Source: Albugo candida (taxonomy: Eukaryota). From it: a stretch of DNA of 64,000 nt. Made by a program: the position numbers and the translations under genes. The notes under the pieces are model-generated. The model searched no databases. It saw only the letters and a program-made list of their open reading frames with translations, and was not told the DNA's origin. The stretch spans positions 372,001-436,000 of the forward strand of contig JBDOQK010000023.1 in NCBI GenBank assembly GCA_040437565.1. Direction: 5' to 3'. Positions 54,826 to 64,000 of the stretch are shown here, in pieces; position 1 is the stretch's first letter; each line of letters begins with the position of its first letter.

Positions 54826-55772
54826 CGCCAATTTTGCCGCGCAACTAGATTGTCTATAATGTTGAGAATGTCGAAAACGCGTCACAATTGTCAATTTTTG
54901 ACAAATTGAAGTCTGTGCGAAATTGCAGGCATCTACTTCAATCGGATCCACGACTACTAGCAATCAAATTGTATCGTATTGAGAAAGCATATACAGCATG
55001 AAGTTATGAAAGCTATGGAGGGTTGTATTTTATTCCATTGGCATAAAAAGCTTAACGTAACCTTTTCTACCAGCAGTAACCGATGCTTTTGCACTAATTT
55101 ATTATCCAGCTTTTACGTCATGATTCTTAGCTGATCATTTTAGCTTGGGCATGCCCCGTAGACCAAGCGAAGGCGTGTAGGCGTAAACATGCAATGTAAT
55201 CAATCGGAGCTACTAAGTAGGTTCTCATTCAGATGACTGCGACAGTTCTCATTGCGTATGTTTCGTCTAGTACCAGTAGCACGAGATTATGAAGAAAATG
55301 TTCCTTAGCAAGATTCACTCTATCTAGCTAGATCATTTTCTCAGACCGGCCCATCCATGGCACACTTTCATTCGCTACGCTCCTTGGAACATGCGTCAGT
55401 TCTATGCACATGTCAATTATATGCTTTCAAATACTATAATGACGCTTTAATTCCACATTGTATGAAGTATTTGTTTCCATTTTTGATAGATGAATTAGTC
55501 AACCCAAATATTTCTGCTCGCTCTTTTATTGTTCGTTGATTATCCTGCCAAAATCGAGGATACAGTACCCATTTTTACCTACTTATCCAGATATAATAGA
55601 CTTGATTTTGTCTAGCATGCATTTAATGATTCATTAGAAAATGGGTGTAATCGTTTCACAATCTCGTGCCATAATGATCGACTTGACAGGTCACTCGAAT
55701 GTGTAAAAATTAACCAATTGTGCTGTATCTTATATCAAATATCCACCAATCCGCGTCACTCAAGTGGAAAGG

Positions 55773-57079
55773 ATGACTGAATCACGTTCGTTAACGCACC
55801 TCTTTCTTGCTCCACTTATTTCTTCTGACTTTATAGAATCTAGGCAAACTGGAGCTTGAAGAAGATGAAAAAGATTACACAACGACAGAAAATGTCAAAA
55901 TCTACCCAACTTTCGAATCGATGGGATTGAAAGAAGATTTATTGAGAGGAATATACGCTTACGGTACTGCGTATTCGCGCCATGAGGGCACTAGTACTCA
56001 CATTTGACGTAGGTTTTGAAAAGCCATCAGCAATTCAGCAACGAGCGATAAAACCTGCCGTACAAGGACGCGACGTTATCGCACAATCTCAATCAGGAAC
56101 AGGAAAAACAGCTGTGTTTTCCATTTCGATACTTGAAACGATTGATAGCACAAGCAATGAGACCCAAGCTCTCGTGATATCACCAACTCGTGAACTGGCA
56201 GAACAGACGCAGAAAGTTATGCTTGCTCTCGGTGATTACATGAATGTTCAATGTCATGCCTGCATCGGTGGCAAGAGCATGGGTGAAGATATGAGAAGAC
56301 TAGATTACGGAGTACAAGTAGTCTCCGGAACTCCAGGAAGAATCTTTGATATGATTCGGCGTCGCCATTTGCGTACGCGGACAATCAAGCTGCTTGTTAT
56401 TGATGAAGCGGATGAGATGCTGAACAAAGGATTTAAGGATCAGATTTATGATATCTATCGCTATCTACCACCTTCAACGCAAGTATTGGTTGTCAGCGCC
56501 ACTATGCCTCAGGATGTATTGGATTTGACCACGAAGTTTATGAATGAACCAGTCAAAGTTCTTGTAAAACGAGATGAGCTCACCCTTGAAGGAATCAAGC
56601 AATTTTTTGTGGCTGTAGAACAAGAAGAGTGGAAATTTGACACTCTGTGCGATCTTTATGATACGCTTACCATCACACAGGCAGTCATTTTTTGCAACAC
56701 GAAGCGCAAAGTAGATTGGTTGACAAACAAAATGCGTGAAGCAAATTTCACTGTTTCATCTATGCACGGCGACATGCCGCAACGAGAGCGAGATACAATT
56801 ATGCAAGAATTTCGATCAGGTGGGTCACGAGTGCTTATCACAACAGATATCTGGGGCCGTGGTCTCGATGTTCAGCAAGTATCACTTGTAATTTGCTATG
56901 ATCTCCCAAACAATCGGGAGCTGTATATCCATCGTATCGGGCGATCTGGGCGGTTTGGTCGGAAAGGTGTGGCGATCAATTTTGTCAAGGACGAGGATGT
57001 TCGTATTTTGCGGGATATTGAGCAATATTATAGCACTCAAATTGATGAGATGCCAATGAATATAGCAGATCTAGTTTAA
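55773..57079 (+). CDS. EIF4A3: eIF4A-III exon-junction-complex DEAD-box helicase; exons 55773-55785, 55844-55963, 56013-57079; ~399 aa
   Basis: [62 protein letters not shown]; the IYRYLPP and W-containing motif V are eIF4A-III-type. The 13-nt first exon is less certain. Confidence 0.94.
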
Positions 57080-58299
57080 GAGACGGAATGTATCGTTCTA
57101 TAACATTTCCTTTGAGTCAAAACACATTTCATTTACATTTTGATTTTGGTCGAAGCAAAAAGGTGAGCAACATGTTAAATGCAAGATCGTTGGCTCATTG
57201 ATGAGAGCGATCATGTTGAGCGGGCGGATGTACTTACTACATGGTTTAGTCCAAAGAGAAACAAAATTGCCGAGGTAACTCGATACTCGAGATCGAATTG
57301 AGGCAAGCTTAATTAGCGCTCTGATTAAGATGATCGTGCATGCAGTTCATGACAATATGTAATCTGTATGGTCGACACTTGAGACTGAAAATGACATCTT
57401 CATTCAATTGTGGCATGTCCATAATTGTACATGTGAGAGGGACTTGTTTCCGATCGCTTGTGCACAACGGTCGGTATTGCAAAGAAGTAGCATCGAGACA
57501 ATAAGGATTCCTTCACTCCTGTAAAGTTCGTGAGTTTTTCGGATCACATGGAAGGTCTCCTTGCTACATCGGTGATTTTTAGGATGGAGACATTATACCA
57601 TTTCACTGTTGACTCGACTAGATTAGTGCTGATTGTATGGTTCCTTGCTGAAGCTTCATCGGCGCTAAAATATGGTCGCAACACGGACTAGACAAAAAAA
57701 GTTATACTTTGCAAGATCTTAAGAAGGGGCAATCATTTTGTTAATTACTCTTCTCACGAAGCCTCTTTGCTTCTGATACTACTCTGAAGACTTGGGTTTG
57801 CATCATGCAAAGCGATCATACCTTCATGCAACTTGCATAAATACTTTGGTAATGTACAAGTCGAAGTTTAGAAGATAAATGAGAATTCAGACGACTATAA
57901 CCCAAAACAAACTTGGTTTCTTTGTATAGCTTGGCTTGGTGGCAGATGACACGCTGCTTATCCACATCACGAGTTATATGCACCTAGATAGATTCGTGAT
58001 CATTTGTGCAAATAGCGCTATCTTAATACATGGAACGCATTAAAATGACGCATTCCTTTTAAAATTACCTTTGTGTAATCAGATGATTTGACTTGCCATA
58101 AATATGTCATTTTGACAGTACATGAGCAATCGAAAAGATCTTCTCTAGCTACCCACGTTCCTTAAATGAAACGCAATTATTCGGATGTCCTTGATTGGGC
58201 TGCACTTGGAAAACGAATCGATTTCTCTGACAGATTAGTAAGACCTACTTGAGGAGAAGAAGAGTCAATGTAGGCTCTCTGAGATATAAATCAGAAGAT

Positions 58300-60900
58300 G
58301 CCGCCAATGGGTTGTACCTGCTCAATGGTCACGGAGAGGGAGCTTGTATTCATGACTTTGATCATGCAAATGCTTCCAGCTCAAGAAATCCTATACGTTT
58401 CTGGCGTACAAGAATTTTATTCCGAATCATAAATATGGTTTCTGTGGATAAATGAGAAACAGTTCGACGCATAGTAAGCATCCAAGCAAAATGGACAGAA
58501 ATTGAACAAAAACGTGCCATAAATCATATTAATGGCATGAAGTATTTCAAAATACTTTCAAGCCAATATATGAACATTTTTCGCGGCCTGGGCATCAAAT
58601 TGCCCCTATCCTGGAAACACCAACGTATCCGTTGTAAAAGGATGCCATACAGCTATCAAGATTATTGCAGCTCTCAACAATAAACCGAAAATAGTCCGGA
58701 ATTGAACGAAGACAATTGGTTGAGCAGATGGGAAGCGAATTAAGTTTGATTAAGAGAATTTGGAATTGGCCCGAGAATTTGATGAGCAAATTAGCGATAG
58801 GTTATGGCGATTTACATTGAATAAAGTGCACCACCTGTGCAGGATATTAGAATAACATTATTTGCAATATGTGTGAGCTAATTTTCAGGAAATGCTGGTC
58901 TTCCCTGCTCTCTACAAAGTACGTGAAGGTCTAGCTGGAAATGGCACTCAGCAACTGCATGACTTTTATCCTGAGTGACAATTCAATATACCTCCATCAA
59001 TGCCTTCCGTTCTCTCTTTCACTAAGTTGATGAAGAAAATGATCACATTTTGGTATTAACAGTGTTACTGAAGTCAACCCAACATTAGGCCTACATCAGC
59101 GAACTGAGACGGGGATTGTCGTGCTCTTCCGAGGTGCTGAGCTCTTAATGAGATATAAACATAACAAACAAGAGAGCCACCAACTGGCGCGATGACTCAA
59201 ATTTCGTCTCAATGATCAATTAAGAGATGAAAAATTCGTGCATGAAATCATGCAGAGAAGGTATGTATTATGCGGGTATGTTGAGCATAAAAAGCAACTG
59301 AGGTAAGAATTGCAGGAAAAAATCAAGCTGACTTTTTTTTGATTTACCTTCTATCCTACTTTACTGAAGGAAAGTCGTAGAGAGAACTGAAATCACCTTA
59401 TTTTTCCACAGCCTATCCAGGTTTGCGTGGGATATGTGTCAATTCAATGTATTGATTGACACCAGTTACTCCAGTGATTTTCTACCATCTTCTTGTCCCC
59501 TTAGTATAAGGAATCTAAAAAGTTGCGTTGAGCACGTTTTTCTTTGTTGTTTATTCCTCACTCAACAGGCATACAATATAACGGATCACGCACTCAGCTA
59601 GAATTATAAGCCGCATTGTGTCAACTGCTCGGTGATGTTCCTCACGATGCCAGCAACGAGCCAATGCGGGTTGATTGCAAAATTAATTACGGAAAAGGAT
59701 AGAATGGTGCTTGAGACATTCTTCAAGTCCTTATATCAAGGCGGACAAGTTGACGGCGCGAAAGTCATTCGAATACTTTGTGCCAGCTTAAGAACGGAGA
59801 CAAATGCACCACGGTCGAAGTTAACGAGATTTAAATGCAGCCAACCAGAAGGCAATCAATCACCTGGCTCTTTGACTCAGCTTCCGTTTCAATCAACAAC
59901 CAGAACATAAGGGACTTGTGCATGAAATGATAGCAACTTAGCTATGGCATCGTCGACATATTGAGAAGTATGACCAGGGGAAGGATATAAAAAGTCGGGA
60001 TGGGCAATCAATCATGGGATGCGTCAAATGATCAATTTGAAGGTGGGGAATCAGTAATTCTTTGAATCAAAAGTGTTTATCGTGACCTGAGGAAAGCTGC
60101 GATACTGACTGAAATTTTTGGTTTGGAGTGGGCGATGGTGTGATTTGACAGAGCCTATATCGGGAACTTTTATAGGTATCCCTGACCTCTCTTCTATTCC
60201 TCCAAGGTCAGCAAGAAAACGAGAACGTTGATAAAATAAAGCCATCGCTGTCATCCACACAACCGTTTTGCGAGTATAATGGGATGCGTGGGCGATGATT
60301 AGTGATAACAACCAGGATCACGCATCACTTCGCATCTCAAGCCTAACTAAATACGAGATGGACACGAAAATGAAGGAGTGCGATTTACCCTTCGAAATGC
60401 AAGAAATTTTGTCATCAAGCATGAAAAGGTTTTGATTACAACGAACTTTATAACTTCTACAAGCCAATCTTTCCACTACGGCTATCAAGTAGAGTGAGCT
60501 TGAGGCTTATGTGTACTCTGATGAACTTTCTTTAGGATCATTATGGGCTGTTATCCGTCTATTGTCGAAAATCAGGCATTACTATCTCTATCCGATTGTT
60601 GGGGACAATTTGTAGCACTCAAAAAATGTGCAATGAGATTTCTCATGGATACCTGTGACAGGATTCACAGAAGCGACTTGAACTTAGAAGACACCGTGAT
60701 TACAAAGGGAGATAATTAGAGTGTCTTGCGCTGAATTAAGCGCCAGGCTCCCAAAGTACTTGATTTTTCTCAGCTCAATCCTTATACCGCAAATGTCTAC
60801 ATTACCAAGTACAGAATGAGATAAAGTTTTTGTGCTATCGCCAGTCAAACTCCGAGGAATGATCTTACTATTTCTGAAACGAAAAAACGCTGCAATTTGT
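58300..60900 (+). mobile_element. Eroded Ty1/Copia pol remnant
   Basis: NGMKYF, GLGIK, LREFG (integrase side), then FKSLYQGG, SIMGC, EAYVYSD, VAL, LPSTE (RT/RNase H side) in Copia order. Confidence 0.45.
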
Positions 60901-61299
60901 ACTTGAGCTCAGGATAGGTAGACAATACACCTAAAGTTTCGACCTTTCTAAGGTCGCATGGAGTACAAATGATGCCCAAGTAGAAAAACGGGGAGAAATC
61001 TTGGGAGACAAAAACACTCCTCGTCATTCGCTGCTCTCACATATGTAGTTGGTTGATTTGAGAATGACTCGGGCATATTTGACTGCGGGAGTACCGTGGC
61101 ATACTAATTAGCCCGGTTTTTATTCCTCCCCACATTTTCGATCGTTCTGGAAATCTCACTTTATCAATAGGACTCTCTATCCGGACAGAGTGTATTAAAT
61201 GGTAGAATCCATTACATTTACCGCCTATCGTTGGATGCTTTTATATATTCAGTCATATTATACGTAAATCAATATATTCGCCGCCTGTTGCTGGATGCA

Positions 61300-62700
61300 G
61301 AGCCCATTTTGCGCATCAGAATATCGCAGAGATGACATCTTACGTGCAAGAATATGCTTCCTACCCTTTCACCTTGATACCAGCATTTTATTAAATACGA
61401 TATGAAAACACTCGAGTCATTGACAAGATTATAATTACGATTCCCAGCCCAAATACATGATAATTAAGGACGCGTCAAGACTTCGCATTGATTCTACTCA
61501 TCAGATTAAAATTTTGTCGCCTCTTAATCTGAAGAAATAAGGTAGCTTTGATGGGAATATGCGAAAAAAATTCAATAAAAGTAGCAGTGTATGCTCTGGA
61601 TATCATATTGGCCTCGGTAAAACGATGTTCATTAGATTTAGCACCGCTGTTAATTGTATCGGACAACGCGTAGATTGTCGTGTAATTATATGCTTTCGAT
61701 GAAGATCAGAAAGGTCTCGATTTTCTTACCGTCGTGATGATCCGCCCCGCTGAACATAAAAACAAAGAGTAGCAGAAAATCAACAAAAGTGTAGCTATCT
61801 CTGGAATAGAACAGCAAAAATATGGTTGACATTTGAAGGAATGATCTCAATGCGTGTACTATCAATCGGAGCATAGCATAGATTTCAATTCGACAACTCA
61901 TGCTTTTGCAAACCTCGGCGTATGCTCTACAATTCAGTTTCTACGATCAAATCGAACAACGGGTCCTGATTCTTGTCAAGATACAACTTTATCTTATAAG
62001 TACGCCGTAATGTCAAAAATCCCTAAATGCAGATAAACAGCGCTGGCATCGCCAGATATTGTAGCTCAATCAAATCCCACATTAATACAGGACGTAATGT
62101 GCTGCCGGTAAACGATTTTGTTCTAGCATTAGAGATATCGATCATAACACCGTGTTGCTTCTCCCATGTTAAAATTAAAACATAGTCAATTATTTTTTAA
62201 AACGTGCAAACATCGAGGCATATTCAAGTATTCTGTCCTCCAGTTCGCTTTCACTACGTATTCTGCCACCAATTGCTGCAGAATTGCCTACCTGTCTATC
62301 TCAGATAAAATCTCGAAGATGAGCATCATGCTCAATCTTCTCATCCAAGACAAGACGTGTCTCCATTGATCACTTCGAGACCTCGATTCTTATCTCATTG
62401 TCCTTTACAGAAAAAGTGAGTGGCCAACACTATTTCTGGCACATGCTGCAAAGCTTCTAGCATTTGCCTATTAGATGGAGCAAAACATGAATAGAGGCTT
62501 CCAGAAGCAGAACATTATTAGAGAGTGGGAGCTAAGATCTGTCATTCCAGTTTTTATCCAATGCATGATCAGCGTCTCTGCACTAATGCCAATACCTTGT
62601 CGAAGTTCAATGTTATTTGCGCTTCCCATCAATCTCATCGGTTGTAGAAGATTAATCAACATACATCAATGCAATGAAAGGAGATAAGAATGAATGAGGG
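61300..62700 (-). mobile_element. Possible eroded Gypsy RT-RNase H remnant
   Basis: EYLNMPRCL (cf. YEF.VMPFGL) and NYTTIYAL echoes only. Confidence 0.25.
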
Positions 62701-62896
62701 CATATTTCTATGGGTACGTTTTGTCATGCCATATCTCGATTCTTATCACGTTACAAGCGTCTCCATACCAGATGCACTATAGAAAACGTTAATTAGTTTC
62801 GTGACTTTCCGATAATTCTATAGACGAGCCAATTTTCCATTCCTCAACCTCGTTCGAAAAGGAGCTTCTACATCTTTATATTCAGGACAATGATAG

Positions 62897-63815
62897 TTAC
62901 ATGAAAAAACTAGGAAGAATTGAGAAACCTCGAGATTCAACTGAATTATCAACATTGCTTTCCGCAAGTGTTCTAAGAGCTATCCGGGTCGACATTCGAA
63001 CCTAGTCGTACATATACTGCCGATAGTGGTTACGTAAGCACTTTTCATTTTTACCTGAGCTGGCTCGAGCTGGAATTGGCAAGGCTTTGCCCACGTCGAG
63101 CCTGCCAAGCCTGTCAGGTCCAGAGCGGAGCTGTGAATAGCATCTTCGTTGTGTTTTCGTTGACAAGCGTGAACCCTTTCATGGATTGCCTACAGAAGAG
63201 CGCACCAAATCACTGAATTAGCGAAGTGCACAAGCGTTTGCTTAAAGAAATACGCGATACCAGAAGAAACATAATCTCGTTCTTGATATGGTAGCCAAAC
63301 ACACATTCATCGCAAGAGCATCTTTGCTTGGTGTGCAAATCAGTGCACTGGCAGCAATCAGGACCATCGATTACAGATGCTTTTGTGTCTGTTTAGATGG
63401 TGAGCATAAAATGATCATACTCTATGATTTCTTGGGGGGCTAAAGAAGACTCGATACCTGGACAGACTTGGTCGTAAGTTTGGCTCGAGTACTTTATATG
63501 ATTTCAGTGTGCAAGCACCACGAAGACCGAAATAAAGTGGTGATCAAACGAAGTTCATCTATTGACACCTTCAAGCTTCCCCTCGGTGATAATTTTGAAT
63601 CAAAATTACGAAACCAGTCCCAAATAAAAGAATAGTCGAACATTCCGAGCTCAGCTGCCTGACGTATGTTCGCTACATCTACATCTACGATGCGGTGCTT
63701 GCACATCAATTTCTTCGAACAGCGCGATGATTCGGCCGGTCTCGAGGCTGCTGAGTTACTTTGCTCGACATCGTCAAAACTAAAATGGACTTGACCAGAC
63801 GAACTCGGACCTAAT
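62897..63815 (-). CDS. 3' portion of an unknown multi-exon gene (exons >63815-63569, 63491-63458, 63388-63261, 63189-63055, 63001-62897); 5' part outside window or gap
   Basis: Four consecutive GT-AG introns of 53-77 nt whose removal gives one stop-free frame ending ...GFSILPSFFM*; Cys cluster CCQC...CSCDEC. Confidence 0.6.
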
Positions 63816-64000
63816 NNNNNNNNNNNNNNNNNNNNNNNNNNNNNNNNNNNNNNNNNNNNNNNNNNNNNNNNNNNNNNNNNNNNNNNNNNNNNNNNNNNNN
63901 NNNNNNNNNNNNNNNTATGTTCGCTACATCTACATCTACGATGCGGTGCTTGCACATCAATTTCTTCGAACAGCGCGATGATTCGGCCGGTCTCGAGGCT
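63665..64000. repeat. Gap-flanking duplication (63665 onward repeated from 63916)
   Basis: Same sequence restarts after N-run 63816-63915. Confidence 0.9.

Overview
Eukaryotic draft-assembly window, most likely from a flagellated oomycete with a compact genome (Albugo-like). This is inferred from mostly ~45-70 nt introns, very tight gene packing, a secreted cutinase and the flagellar genes IFT81 and CFAP61. It has three zones. (1) About 1-23.8 kb is gene-poor: an intact cutinase, a pseudogenised cutinase paralog, an RluA/C-type pseudouridine synthase, decayed secreted-protein-like remnants, heavily eroded Copia/Gypsy fragments, and a ~3.04 kb RTE-like LINE with a target-site duplication nested inside an old Copia element. 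(2) About 23.9-57.1 kb is a dense housekeeping block: NDUFS8, TFIIIC subunit 6-like, CFAP61 with two inserted adenylate kinase domains, UDP-glucose dehydrogenase, C2-GRAM-myotubularin-FYVE, PhyH dioxygenase, F-box/LRR, PTB/hnRNP L-like, IFT81, SAPS-like/PH/SnoaL fusion, TauE, MCM3 and eIF4A-III. (3) About 57.1-62.8 kb holds retroelement remnants, followed by the 3' exons of an unknown gene. Seven 100-N gaps are each flanked by duplicated sequence, an assembly artefact. The most interesting signals are unusual domain fusions (AK-CFAP61, SAPS-PH-SnoaL, C2-MTM-FYVE), a mitochondrial-looking TauE starting 49 bp after the MCM3 stop, and a GC-AG intron. All calls are by-eye motif recognition; no searches were run.
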